A stretch of DNA of 64,000 nt from an uncultured Thermoplasmata archaeon (lineage in GTDB: Archaea > Thermoplasmatota > Thermoplasmata > UBA10834), in assembly GCA_963719945.1 (NCBI GenBank), contig CAVRDX010000001.1:1-64000 (forward strand), read 5' to 3'. The notes beneath the pieces are model-generated. The model saw only the letters and a program-made list of their open reading frames with translations, searched no databases and was not told the DNA's origin. A program made the position numbers and the translations under genes. Below, in pieces: positions 28,051 to 38,462 of the stretch. Position 1 is the first letter of the stretch, and the number at the start of each line of letters is the position of its first letter.

Positions 28051-28822
28051 TCATTCCGATGGATTCCTGAGTTTCAGCGGGTTCCCGACAAAAGTGCCAT
28101 CGAGAAGGTATGCTCTGAACGATTCCTCGTCCGCGATGGAGTTTCTGAATATCGGTCCTAGGAATGCTCTTGGGTCGTTGTTCACCGCCGTTCCTGTCAG
28201 AAGTGGGTTGAATGCCGGAACCACGACCAGTTCCTTGGGGCACGAATCGTATCTCTTCAAGGGTCGCCTCTTCATGCAAGGATGATCTGAGCCAACATTT
28301 CTCGATGTTCCTCGCGCCGATCGAATCCTTGAGCAGGACGGATGGATGAATGTGCCCCATGACTATCTTCTCGCATCTCATGACCTCATCGGACGGCCAC
28401 ACATGTCCATGGAACAGGCCTGTATCCTGCACGGCCCACCCCTTGCTTCCCATGCCCTCGCATCCCTCGGGAAGAACGGACGCGATGCCGCTATCGTGAT
28501 TGCCAGAGATCAAGACGACCCTGTCGAACACCTCAAGCATGCGTCCGAGCAGATGTTTGATCTCTTCATCTTCCCTCCTGCCGACATTCGGTATCTTGTG
28601 CTTCAGGTCACCGAGCAATACCAGGTTGCGCGCGATCTTCGACAGGGATTCCAGATCCCGCATCATCTTTGGCATCTGGGTCGGTATGCTGAATCCGGCC
28701 ATCTTCATCTGGACCTCTATGCCTATGTGAAGGTCAGCGACGGCCGCCCAGCAGTCTTTCCCTTTCATTATGAGTGCTGGCATATCGGGCACTGGTTCGA
28801 GGTCCACGGTCTCTTGTACCAC
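28051..28822 (-). CDS. Metallophosphoesterase (ICC-like), frameshift near 28262
   Basis: ADLHIG, LGDLKH, GNHD, HGH, GHIHP; C-terminal VVPAFNPL lies in another frame. Confidence 0.82.
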
Positions 28823-28847
28823 CTGGGCTGTGATAAATATCCTTCCC

Positions 28848-29525
28848 CTACCTTCCTATCCTGAGCCGATCGGCCAGGACATGGGGCAGCCCCTGTTCAG
28901 TTATCGCTTTCGCAGCATCATCTATCGGGTAATCGAAGCGGATTATGCGACACTTCAACGGATCCGTTTCAACCACCGCGAGGCTGCCATGTGGATCGCC
29001 GTCCCTCGGCTGCCCAACTGAGCCAGGATTAAGGATCACGCCTCTCGCGAACTCCTTGACGTATGGCATATGCGTATGGCCGAGGATGACCAGATCCGCC
29101 TTTGCGATGTCTATGATGTCTTCCTGCGCACTTTCCACGTACACATAATCATTCATCGCTCTCGGCGAGCCATGGTACATGGCGATCGTCCGTTTTTCGA
29201 TGACCTCTTTCGCTGACGATCCAAGCGATCCGAGAAACATCCGCGCACTCTCGTTCAGCGCATCAATGGTCCAGTTCGCTGCCGCATGGGCATATGGATT
29301 CATCCCTGAGCATGTCTTAGTCACGACGGCTTCGTCATGATTCCCTCGGATCGAGCGATGACAGATCTTCCGGATGGTTTCACAACATTCGTTCGGGTTC
29401 GCACCGTAGCCGACGGCATCGCCTGCGAAGAATACCTTCTCGACCCCCTCGGCCTCCATGACATCGGCAGCGCTTCTCAGGGCATGGATGTTCGAATGCA
29501 CATCCGCGATCACGCCCAGCCTCAT
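28848..29525 (-). CDS. Metallophosphoesterase (YfcE-like)
   Basis: ADVHSN, GDAVGYG, GNHD, HGSP, GHTH, NPGSVGQPRDG. Confidence 0.92.
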   Translation of the reverse strand: MRLGVIADVHSNIHALRSAADVMEAEGVEKVFFAGDAVGYGANPNECCETIRKICHRSIRGNHDEAVVTKTCSGMNPYAHAAANWTIDALNESARMFLGSLGSSAKEVIEKRTIAMYHGSPRAMNDYVYVESAQEDIIDIAKADLVILGHTHMPYVKEFARGVILNPGSVGQPRDGDPHGSLAVVETDPLKCRIIRFDYPIDDAAKAITEQGLPHVLADRLRIGR

Positions 29526-29533
29526 GCCCTCAC

Positions 29534-30985
29534 TCAGCTTCCGATGGCTATGAGATACCTTCTCAGAACGATGGGTATCTTATCGATCACATCGGTGGCC
29601 AAAAGGCCGTAGCTCTTCTCCTCGAACGCTAGGTCCCCTGCGAGACCAGCTGTGAAAACACCTATCCTGCCAGCTGCGTATGGGGTCGCTTTCTGCGCCA
29701 TTATCCCTGCGATCAGACCTGTCAACACATCCCCGGTCCCCCCGACGGTCATCGCATCGTTGCCAGTCCTGTTGAACTTCACATACCTGCCGTCGCTCAC
29801 GATGTCCCTAGGTCCCTTGAGCACGACCGTCATCCTCAGCTTGGCTGCGGCCTCGCGGACCATCTGGGCACGTTTCTCGTAATCATCCTGGGGCACGGTC
29901 TTCCTCGTGAGCTTCTTGAACTCGCCCGCATGGGGGGTTATGACACCTGATTTCCCTTTCAGTATCTGCGGCTTCGCCCCGCACGCAGCGATGGCATCCG
30001 CATCTATTACCATGGGTTTCCTGCATTTGCCTATGAACTTCTGAACGGCAATAATGGTCTGCTTGGAGTCTCCGAGCCCCGGTCCTATGACCACCACATC
30101 GAACTCTGCGGACATCCTCAACAGCTCTTCAACGTGCTCTGACCCGAGCACCATCCCTTTGAGCGGGCGAACGATCAGGTTGGGAGAATAGATCGATACC
30201 GGGGTCGCAGCTGGCTCAGGTGTCGCGACGAATATGAGGTCGATGCCCGATCGCATGGCCGCCATTCCCGCAAATGCTGGTGCGCCGCTGTAAGGTCCCC
30301 CGCCGATGACCAGCACTCTGCCGGAGTCGCCCTTGTGGCCGTCCCTCTTCCTCGGTGGCAGGAGTGCGTACTCCCCTGGTCCACAGTACATCTCCGCTTC
30401 GGGTGGTATCCCGATATCCGCGACGACTATCTTGCCGCAGTTCCTCTTGGTCATGCCTGTCTTCGGAGCATGGAATGTGATTGTGGTATCTGCGCGGACC
30501 GTGACATTCGAAGGCCATCCAGATGGCACATCCACAGCTATCCTTGGCTTCTTCGTCCTGTTGAGGTTTCTTATGATGCTGGCGTATGGTTCCCTCGGTC
30601 GGCCCTTTATGCCAACCCCGAGCATCGAATCTATGATGATGTCATACTGTCTGATATCCATGAACTTGACCGGTCTGGCCACGCCTCGGACGAGGTGTAG
30701 GTTGGACCGTGCGAGGTCCGTCGTGATCTCCTGCTCTGGCTCGACCAAGAACACATCTGGCCTCATGTTTCTGAGAAGGTGCCTGGCAGCGACGAAACCA
30801 TCTCCGCCGTTGTTGCCCTTCCCGCAGATGATTGCTATGCGCGAGTTATGTGGATAGTTTTCGATGACATATCTGGCTACAGCTTCTCCGGCGCGCTCCA
30901 TGAGTGTGATTGTCCTGACGCCGTGATATGCGGCGTTGATGTCCAGAACCTTGACCTCTTCCGGCGGAATAGCTGCCTTGACCAC
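29534..30985 (-). CDS. nnr: Bifunctional NAD(P)H-hydrate epimerase/dehydratase
   Basis: LMERAG, GKGNNGGDG, HKGDSG, TPHAGEF, GGTGDVL; start uncertain. Confidence 0.93.
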   Translation of the reverse strand: MVKAAIPPEEVKVLDINAAYHGVRTITLMERAGEAVARYVIENYPHNSRIAIICGKGNNGGDGFVAARHLLRNMRPDVFLVEPEQEITTDLARSNLHLVRGVARPVKFMDIRQYDIIIDSMLGVGIKGRPREPYASIIRNLNRTKKPRIAVDVPSGWPSNVTVRADTTITFHAPKTGMTKRNCGKIVVADIGIPPEAEMYCGPGEYALLPPRKRDGHKGDSGRVLVIGGGPYSGAPAFAGMAAMRSGIDLIFVATPEPAATPVSIYSPNLIVRPLKGMVLGSEHVEELLRMSAEFDVVVIGPGLGDSKQTIIAVQKFIGKCRKPMVIDADAIAACGAKPQILKGKSGVITPHAGEFKKLTRKTVPQDDYEKRAQMVREAAAKLRMTVVLKGPRDIVSDGRYVKFNRTGNDAMTVGGTGDVLTGLIAGIMAQKATPYAAGRIGVFTAGLAGDLAFEEKSYGLLATDVIDKIPIVLRRYLIAIGS

Positions 30986-31121
30986 GAGCGCTGATTGGTC
31001 GGAAACGTAATAAACGTGACTAGTTGCCTTTATGAACATAAAGGCTATGGATTGCGCGATTTCTAAAAAGAACTAAATACACAGACTTCTTAATGCCGAA
31101 ATACTGGCAGGGATTGTGTAA

Positions 31122-31412
31122 TTGAGCGACATAAAACGTCTCGTATTGGACGTGTTGAAACCACACCATCCGACTATTATCGAACTGTCTCGAAGAATAT
31201 CAGTTCTGAACGGTGTGTCTGGCGTGAACTGCAGCCTTGAGGAAGTGGATCGTGAGACCGAGAGCGTCAAGATCACGGTCGTTGGCAATGCAATCGATTT
31301 CGAGAGTCTCGAGGAGACCATCTCCGATTGCGGCGCGGTGATTCACTCGGTCGACAGCGTATCCGCGGGCAAGATGCTCGTCGACGAAGTCGAGACTCCA
31401 CAGGACCGCTGA
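31122..31412 (+). CDS. DUF211-family protein
   Basis: RLVLDVLKPHHP, GAVIHSVD. Confidence 0.85.
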   Translation: MSDIKRLVLDVLKPHHPTIIELSRRISVLNGVSGVNCSLEEVDRETESVKITVVGNAIDFESLEETISDCGAVIHSVDSVSAGKMLVDEVETPQDR

Positions 31413-31420
31413 GATCAGGC

Positions 31421-31726
31421 CTACTTCTCTCGTGGCGTCGTCTTCAGCTTAGTGGCTACCTGAGCTATCAATTTCTTCTTGTCCAGCTTTGGCTCCACAA
31501 GTACCCTTCCCTCTTTCCTATACCAGAATCTCGGATACGCCTTTTCGAGTTCCAGTATACAATCCAGGTCGAGGGCTCTCACCGCCTGATAAAGCATGTG
31601 TGCGGTTGGCGCATCGATGGCGTCTCTCCTAGGTACTCGCCTTCCGTTCTCCCTGCTTATCTTCACGTCGAAGTAGGTCGGCCAGAGGACGATGGCTTTC
31701 TCAGGATCTACGGTCATATGGCTCAT
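31421..31726 (-). CDS. srp19: Signal recognition particle SRP19
   Basis: VLWPTYFD, SRENGRRVP, YPRFW...GRVLV. Confidence 0.93.
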   Translation of the reverse strand: MSHMTVDPEKAIVLWPTYFDVKISRENGRRVPRRDAIDAPTAHMLYQAVRALDLDCILELEKAYPRFWYRKEGRVLVEPKLDKKKLIAQVATKLKTTPREK

Positions 31727-31823
31727 TTGTCCAAACGTGCCGCCTCTATCTAATTCTGTCGGTCAGCATGTTCGGAATTACTCTTATCTACTGGACTATG
31801 CGATTACCTGGCGGGGCGAGGCT

Positions 31824-33239
31824 GTGATTGACGAAGATATTGCCGAATCTGTTCTTGATTATGCGAGCTCGTTCGCGAATGCAAAGTTGATCGAAGTGCG
31901 CATGGAGATCTCCGAGAAGAAGGACATCGCACTTCAATCGGGAGTGGTCAGCAGTCTCGGATCCAACAGGGACATCGGCATGAATGTCCGCGTGATACTT
32001 CCTACTGGGATAGGCTTCGCAAGCACGAACGGTGTCTCGAAAGAGATTGGCAAGGCGATGGCGGACAAGGCGTTCAAACTGGCAAGGAATGTCAATCTGA
32101 AGAAGCCGATCTCGTTCTCTGATGAATCTGCAGTCACTACGAGTTGGGCTGTCAGTGAGTCGAAGCCCATAGCCGATATGACGATGGAAGACCGTGTCGA
32201 GTTCCTCAAAGGGGTCGACAAGTCCATCATGGGCTCGAAGGTGAAGGTTCAGGGGAGATTCTTGGAGCTCCGCGACGCCGAGATAGAGAGTTACTTTGCC
32301 AATTCTGATGGATCAAGGATTTCATCGCATCTGCCACGGCTGAGGTTCGATTCATTCCTGGTGGTCTCATCGAAAGGTCAGAGCGAGCAATCGATCAGGG
32401 AATGGGGTGGAACAGGTGGCTGGGAGATCGCTGAGACGTGGGATCTGTCAAACGCCCTCGACAAGGAAGTCCACATGCTCAAGAAGATGATCGACCACGG
32501 CAAGCCCGTGAAGCCAGGAAAGTACGACCTGGTCTGCGGGCCGGAAGTTGCTGGCATAGCTGCTCATGAATCGTGCGGTCATCCTATGGAATCCGACCGC
32601 ATTCTGGGTCGGGAGATGTCCCAGGCAGGCAAATCGTTCGTTTCCCCGGATATGATCGGATCGAGGATTGGTTCGGAATATGCGACTGTCATAGACGATC
32701 CAACGGTCCGGAACTCGTATGGTTACTATGCATACGATCAGGAAGGGGTGAAGGCCCGCCCGCGACACCTGTACAAGAATGGCATCATAAATGAGTTCTA
32801 CACAAACAGAGAAACCGCTGGTAGGCTGGGTACGACCAGCAATGGCTCCTCAAGGTCCGAGACGTACCTCCAGGAGCCGATAGTCCGCATGGCCAACACA
32901 TATGTCGCTCCTGGCAATTTCGAGGATGATGAGATATTCGGGTCGGTGAAGTCGGGCGTGTTGATGCACTCGTTCACAGAATGGAATATCGATGACAAGA
33001 GGTTCAATCAGAAATATGTCTCTCGCGAGGCCTATTTCATCAAGGATGGTGAGTTGGCCGGACCCGCGAGAAAGTGCGTTCTCGAGATAACGACTCCTGA
33101 ATTCTGGGGCTCACTCGATGCAGTGTCCAAGAATGTCGAATACCAGGCTGCGGAATGTGGGAAGGGCGACCCTATCCAGAGCATGGCGGTGTTCACGGGT
33201 GGACCGATGATGCGCTTGAGGGGGGTGACTCTCTCTTGA
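31824..33239 (+). CDS. tldD: TldD metalloprotease
   Basis: HESCGH, DDPT, YDQEGV, PIVRMANT, CGKG. Confidence 0.92.
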   Translation: MIDEDIAESVLDYASSFANAKLIEVRMEISEKKDIALQSGVVSSLGSNRDIGMNVRVILPTGIGFASTNGVSKEIGKAMADKAFKLARNVNLKKPISFSDESAVTTSWAVSESKPIADMTMEDRVEFLKGVDKSIMGSKVKVQGRFLELRDAEIESYFANSDGSRISSHLPRLRFDSFLVVSSKGQSEQSIREWGGTGGWEIAETWDLSNALDKEVHMLKKMIDHGKPVKPGKYDLVCGPEVAGIAAHESCGHPMESDRILGREMSQAGKSFVSPDMIGSRIGSEYATVIDDPTVRNSYGYYAYDQEGVKARPRHLYKNGIINEFYTNRETAGRLGTTSNGSSRSETYLQEPIVRMANTYVAPGNFEDDEIFGSVKSGVLMHSFTEWNIDDKRFNQKYVSREAYFIKDGELAGPARKCVLEITTPEFWGSLDAVSKNVEYQAAECGKGDPIQSMAVFTGGPMMRLRGVTLS

Positions 33240-34582
33240 CGAGCTTCAAGGACACAGCCGAGGAGATAGTTCAGAAGGCCCGCAGCTTAGGCGCGCACGA
33301 TGTAATATGCGAAGTGATCGAGTCCAGGACCAATCAGATCAGATATTCGTCAAACCGCATCGATGCCTCCAACATGTGGCGGGAGCATCACGCGGTACTC
33401 TTCGTCGCGATAGGCAAGAGGAACTTTGCCACAGACCTACGGGACATCAGCTGCGCGCTGGATGCGGTCCCGGATGCAGTCCAGGCTGCGAAGATCGCGC
33501 CTGAGAACAAGAACTATCGTGGCATTCCGAGCGGCCGATTCAAGTACAAACGAATTCCGGTGGATAAGCAGATCACCGACCTGCGGTCTCCTGCGAAATT
33601 CGTATACGATGCGATCTCGGGCGCGGAGTCTGAGGGGGCAATCGAGGTAGGCGGGACATTCTTCGCACGATATCACCGGACCGGTATCGCGAGTTCCGGG
33701 GGCGCGTATGCGGATGACGAATCCGCATCTGTCGAGCTCTCTGTCCGGGCATTCTCAGGACCGGAAGCCTCTGGCCACGCGATTTGTTGCGTTCCCAGGC
33801 TTGCCAAGATGGATGCAAAAGGCACTGGAATTCGCGCAGGTACTCTAGCTGAGAGTGCCAAGAATCCTATCCAAGGCGATGTGGGGAAGACGGACATCAT
33901 CGTCGAGCCGCTCTTACTCGGAAGTCTGACACATTCGACATCCGAGATGATGTCCGCGTTCGCGGTGGATATCGGCATGTCCATGTTCGCGAAGAGGTTA
34001 GGCAAGAAGGTCATGTCGGACGAAGTCACGTTCGTGGATGACCCAACAGTCGTATCCATCTCGCGAAGGTCTTTCGATCATGAAGGTAGGCCCACAAAGC
34101 GCAATGTCATGATCAAGGATGGTGTCCTGAAGACATACCTCCACAACACATCGACTGCCAAGAGGTTCAAGGCGAAGCCTACAGGCAACATGGGTCCTCT
34201 CATCCAGACCTCCTTCAATTTCCCTGGCCAGCCGACTCCCTTCCACCCGATCGTGGAGCCAGGAGACTGGAAGCTGGATGAGCTGATAGCAGACACCGAG
34301 TCCGGCCTCTACTTGAACAATGCCTGGTACACCAGGTTCCAGAGCTATTCGAAGGGTGATTTTTCGACGATCCCACGTGACGCAATTCTGCAGATAAAGG
34401 ACGGAGAGATCGTTGGCTCTGTCAAGAATATCCGGGTGAGCGACAACATGCTCAACCTATGGAAGAACGTGGATGGCATAACCAAGACGGCCCAGGAGGT
34501 CTTCTGGTGGGACGAGGCTGCTCCACCGTCCACACTTCCCTCGCTGCGTATGAGGAACGCCAATATCACTCGCTCAGCGTGA
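33236..34582 (+). CDS. pmbA: TldE/PmbA protease partner
   Basis: FDHEG, DGVLKTYLHN, GDFST; overlaps the tldD stop. Confidence 0.88.
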   Translation: MTSFKDTAEEIVQKARSLGAHDVICEVIESRTNQIRYSSNRIDASNMWREHHAVLFVAIGKRNFATDLRDISCALDAVPDAVQAAKIAPENKNYRGIPSGRFKYKRIPVDKQITDLRSPAKFVYDAISGAESEGAIEVGGTFFARYHRTGIASSGGAYADDESASVELSVRAFSGPEASGHAICCVPRLAKMDAKGTGIRAGTLAESAKNPIQGDVGKTDIIVEPLLLGSLTHSTSEMMSAFAVDIGMSMFAKRLGKKVMSDEVTFVDDPTVVSISRRSFDHEGRPTKRNVMIKDGVLKTYLHNTSTAKRFKAKPTGNMGPLIQTSFNFPGQPTPFHPIVEPGDWKLDELIADTESGLYLNNAWYTRFQSYSKGDFSTIPRDAILQIKDGEIVGSVKNIRVSDNMLNLWKNVDGITKTAQEVFWWDEAAPPSTLPSLRMRNANITRSA

Positions 34583-34627
34583 TCATACGAAGAATCGAGA
34601 AAATAATCCGGAGAACCTGGTCGCCGA

Positions 34628-35014
34628 TCATTCCAGCTTGATCAAGGTGGCGTTCACGACGCCGTCCTGACCGCATCTGGATGTGATGACAGCCTCGCCC
34701 AGCTCAGTCATGATCGTTGCGCCCTTGGTCATGATGTTACGCTGGACATAGTTCGGGTTCGAGGGGTTGCTCTTGACGGTCTGGATCGCGACCTTCTTGA
34801 CTGCCTTCGTTGTCGGGTCCACGACATTCACTGTATCGACCATAAGGAGTCTAGCCTTCGAGTTCGCCCCTTTCGTCCTGTACATCTTGACCTTTCTGGG
34901 GCCCAGGCGGGTGAACTGCTTCTCTCGGCCGATCTCGAACTTCCTCTTCTTCCTGGCCGGTGTGATTCTTCCGCCCGAAGACTTCCTCTTTGGTCTTCCT
35001 TGCCAAATGGCCAT
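34628..35014 (-). CDS. rps8e: 30S ribosomal protein S8e
   Basis: MAIWQGRPKRKSSGGR, RNIMTKGA, GQDGVVNA. Confidence 0.96.
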   Translation of the reverse strand: MAIWQGRPKRKSSGGRITPARKKRKFEIGREKQFTRLGPRKVKMYRTKGANSKARLLMVDTVNVVDPTTKAVKKVAIQTVKSNPSNPNYVQRNIMTKGATIMTELGEAVITSRCGQDGVVNATLIKLE

Positions 35015-35079
35015 CTGAAACCTCTCGCGAGATGTGAAAGTGGGAAGGGTATTAAAAGCTTTTGTGACTCACCGGCGGC

Positions 35080-35715
35080 TCAGAAGAGATCTACCTGGAT
35101 GTCATCCCCTATCCTGGCGACCGCGTAGTGTCCTCCCCTTGCGGGCCCTGGGTTCACGAAGACCGTGCCGTCCTTCTCCTTGCACCCTCTAGACTCATGG
35201 ATGTGTCCTGAGAGTACCATCCTTGGCTTGTGCTTCTCGATCACTTCCAGGATCCCCTGTGATCCAGCGTTCCTGCCGTTCCTATCGACATCGTTCATGC
35301 CATGAGGCGGTGTATGGGTCACCATGACGCCTCCTTTGACCGCGATACCGTTCAATATGCTCACTATCTCCTGCTCATCCAGCTCGAACGGCATGGATGC
35401 CGGCGAGGGGAGTCCTCCACCGCAACCGTAGAACACTCGGCCATCAATCTCGGACGATGCTCCATGTAGACTGCATCCCGATTGTTCCAGCAGCTTGAGC
35501 GTGTCTGCAGTGTCACAGTTACCAGGAACTGCCATGAGCTTCGACCCAAAAGTGTCCATGACCTTCTTCACATACTTCTCGGAACCATATGTAGTGAGGT
35601 CGCCGCACACTACCACGGCGTCGAAAGTATCCTCACTCGCCACCTTGCCCAGCAGCTTGATCGCATCTTCCGACGCGTGGAGGTCTGCGCATATCAGTAA
35701 TCTCAACTCTTTCAT
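35080..35715 (-). CDS. Icc-related metallophosphoesterase
   Basis: ADLH, GDLT, PGNCD, THTPP, GHIHE, NPG. Confidence 0.9.
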   Translation of the reverse strand: MKELRLLICADLHASEDAIKLLGKVASEDTFDAVVVCGDLTTYGSEKYVKKVMDTFGSKLMAVPGNCDTADTLKLLEQSGCSLHGASSEIDGRVFYGCGGGLPSPASMPFELDEQEIVSILNGIAVKGGVMVTHTPPHGMNDVDRNGRNAGSQGILEVIEKHKPRMVLSGHIHESRGCKEKDGTVFVNPGPARGGHYAVARIGDDIQVDLF

Positions 35716-35719
35716 CCGA

Positions 35720-36646
35720 TCACCATGGCGTTACGATTCCCAGAGAGAATTCCTGGAATACGATCAGATAGGATATCGCGTATCCGGCGACAGCGCCGCC
35801 GTTCAGCAATGGCAGTCCTGCCTGTGGATTACCTTTGAGCACGTATCTCATGAGCACCAAGAATCCGATAGTCGCGCCGATTATGGTGCCCAACGCGACC
35901 AGGAGGTTGCCATCCATTCCTCCCACGATCTGGGTTGGTAAGAAATAGAACGCTGAGGCGACGAGCACTCCAGGGATTATGATGTCTCCCAGTCCCATGT
36001 ACATGGCCTCCCTCTCCTCTCCGTCTTCGAGCTGAGTCTTCAAAGACTTCTGTCGGAGATATGAGAACCCTCTTCTCTTCGGTATGACCAGCAGGATGGG
36101 GAGATGCATCTTGGTCACGCCATCCGCCAGGTCGACCATGTGTTTCGTGCCGTAGACCGATATCGCATCGTATACGGCTAGGATTATCAGCAATATCAGG
36201 ACTGGCAGGATGTTGAGTGATACGCCCAGTATCCCGATGACGCCTATCGCGACGAGTATCCCAGTCGCGTCGACGACGTACCATTCGGGTCTCTTCACGA
36301 GCAGATATACCAGGATGGCTGTGAGTGAGACCGAAGTCATCAGCGCCAGCAATCCCTCGTCGAACAGTGTCGCGACCGTCAGGATCACATAGAATATTGT
36401 GAACGAGACCGCTCCGATGAAAATGATCCTCACGACATCGTCTCGCTTCTTCTTTATTATGTATAATATTAGGAATGTGAACAGCACGATAGCTATCACA
36501 TAATACACCGGTATCATGGGGTCGTTCGGGTCCTCGAATGCCTGGTTCTCCGCTCCAAGCGCGGACGCGACCAGTACTAGTGCCCCCAACTGTGAGAACA
36601 CGAATATCGCAGCCATTATCAGGACTGCCCTGTTGGTATCGTCCAT
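35720..36646 (-). CDS. Presenilin-family intramembrane aspartyl protease (PSH)
   Basis: Multiple TM helices; AVYDAISVY, MGLGD, AGLPLLN. Confidence 0.92.
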   Translation of the reverse strand: MDDTNRAVLIMAAIFVFSQLGALVLVASALGAENQAFEDPNDPMIPVYYVIAIVLFTFLILYIIKKKRDDVVRIIFIGAVSFTIFYVILTVATLFDEGLLALMTSVSLTAILVYLLVKRPEWYVVDATGILVAIGVIGILGVSLNILPVLILLIILAVYDAISVYGTKHMVDLADGVTKMHLPILLVIPKRRGFSYLRQKSLKTQLEDGEEREAMYMGLGDIIIPGVLVASAFYFLPTQIVGGMDGNLLVALGTIIGATIGFLVLMRYVLKGNPQAGLPLLNGGAVAGYAISYLIVFQEFSLGIVTPW

Positions 36647-36731
36647 CGTCCCGCTATTCCGACGCGCTTTAGAAATACTTTTGCGTCCGATGGGAAAAAC
36701 ATCAATATAGCCAAAAGCCCTAGCAATATCC

Positions 36732-37634
36732 GTGACTGAGCTGGAAGTGCTCAAGCTGGACGTGTTCGCCGAGAGCCTGTTTAGCGGCAATCCTACCTGG
36801 GTGGTGTTCGATGCGGACACCCTCGACGAGATTATCATGCAGAGAATAGCCTATGAACTCGGGTCACCCGAGACGGTCTTCGTCATGAGGTCGAAGAAGG
36901 CGGATGTCAAACTGAGGTTCTTCAATGCGGACTCGGAGGAACCGATAAGCGGCCATTCCACGATCGGCGCGCTTTGGGCCATGGCTGATCAGGGCGCATT
37001 TGGAACATCCTTCGGGAGCAGGCACAGAGCCGAGACCTCGGTAGGCATACTTCCTTTCTTTGTGGAGCTCGATCCTGAAGGGACAAAGAGGGTCTGGATG
37101 ACTCAGAAGCGGCCGATGTTCTCCAAGGTGGAGGAAGTGACTGAGGTAGCCAGTGCGCTGGGTATCGGCGCAGAATCGATTTTCCTCAAAGAGTTCCCGA
37201 TGACCAGAGCGTCGACTGGGCTACCTTGTCTGCTGGTCGCGGTGCGTTCCCTCGAAGTGATCGAGAAGCTCAATCCTAGACAGAACGAACTCGTCAGCCT
37301 ATGTAAGGACCTCGAGGTAGGCGCGGTCGCGGTGTATGTATGGGGTGGCTTCGATTCTTCCACGACCGTACATGCTAGATGCTTCCTCCCGACACCATCG
37401 TATCATGAGGACCCCGCATCCGGCATGCCCGCAGGAGCGCTCGCATCATACATCGCAGACAACGATTTCATACCCAGGGATAGACTGGGTGAAGTGATAA
37501 TCGAGCAGGGACATTTCATGGGACGGCCCTCCAAGATTTATGTCAGGATAGAGAAGCGTGGATCGACCATAAAGAAAGTGGATGTGGGTGGATCCGTTAG
37601 GCCGGCGGTGAGAGGGAAGATAACAGTTCCGTGA
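36732..37634 (+). CDS. PhzF-family isomerase
   Basis: DVFA...GNP, SPETVF, GHSTIG, EDPASG, QGHFMGRPS. Confidence 0.9.
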   Translation: MTELEVLKLDVFAESLFSGNPTWVVFDADTLDEIIMQRIAYELGSPETVFVMRSKKADVKLRFFNADSEEPISGHSTIGALWAMADQGAFGTSFGSRHRAETSVGILPFFVELDPEGTKRVWMTQKRPMFSKVEEVTEVASALGIGAESIFLKEFPMTRASTGLPCLLVAVRSLEVIEKLNPRQNELVSLCKDLEVGAVAVYVWGGFDSSTTVHARCFLPTPSYHEDPASGMPAGALASYIADNDFIPRDRLGEVIIEQGHFMGRPSKIYVRIEKRGSTIKKVDVGGSVRPAVRGKITVP

Positions 37635-37645
37635 CGCTCTGTGTC

Positions 37646-38272
37646 CTATCTCACTAGTGTGCCGAAAGCAACCGTTCCGGATACCTTCTCGATCTTGACC
37701 TTGACCTGAACGCCCTTTGCAGTGCCTGGCACATAGATGATGAACTCACCCTTGCGAGCGATCCCATCACCCTTCTTGCCGACATCTTTTATGAGGAGGT
37801 CGTACACCTTTCCTGCCTCTATCTCCTTCACTTCTTCGGCCTTCATGTGCTTTCTAACATGCACCGGTCTATGGGCGCCGCAGGTCTCACAGGTGAGTAT
37901 GAGCACTCTCCCGTCCTTGACCATGTTCGTATCCGGGCTCTCGCACTCCGAACACAATACATATTCTGAAACGTAATTGTCGATCCTGTCGACGATCTGT
38001 GATGTGGCGACCTTACCCTTGAAGACAACCCTCGTCCCCTCCATCGTTCCTGCTGTACCTAGTTCTCTCAGCAGATATCCAAGGAGGTGGTCGGGCTCTC
38101 GTCTCAGAGTGTCGACGATATCAGCGAAGTTCCTGATGACCGTCGTCTTGCCCTCGATCATCACATCTGGCTCAGGTATCTTGAACCTCTCGTGTGATTC
38201 AACCTTCTGGGGCAATTTCTCTTTTGCCCTTTCGAGGAGGGCTTCGTAATCGACACTCTCGTCGGCCGCCAT
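37646..38272 (-). CDS. eif2b: Translation initiation factor 2 beta subunit with C-terminal TRAM domain
   Basis: RELGTAG, CSECESPDT...CETCGA, TRAM GKKGDGIA. Confidence 0.93.
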   Translation of the reverse strand: MAADESVDYEALLERAKEKLPQKVESHERFKIPEPDVMIEGKTTVIRNFADIVDTLRREPDHLLGYLLRELGTAGTMEGTRVVFKGKVATSQIVDRIDNYVSEYVLCSECESPDTNMVKDGRVLILTCETCGAHRPVHVRKHMKAEEVKEIEAGKVYDLLIKDVGKKGDGIARKGEFIIYVPGTAKGVQVKVKIEKVSGTVAFGTLVR

Positions 38273-38462
38273 CGTGGTTCCATAGTGGATTTGCTAGTTA
38301 AAGCTATTGGATTCCCTCGTGGACAACTTGAGCAATCGCAGGCCCGAATGAGTGTGTGGTGCTCCTTCTTCTCTGTCGAGGTGACCAACTGCGAAACGTT
38401 TATTGGTGACCGGGAACTATGAGTCGGATTGCCAGCCTCGAAGCAGGGTGAAATCGACGACG

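Noticed and set aside
27690-28280. Single-base frameshifts in the DUF2148-like gene and the metallophosphoesterase
   Set aside because: Two isolated indels within 600 bp in otherwise intact genes suggest a local consensus error; they cannot be called real without reads.
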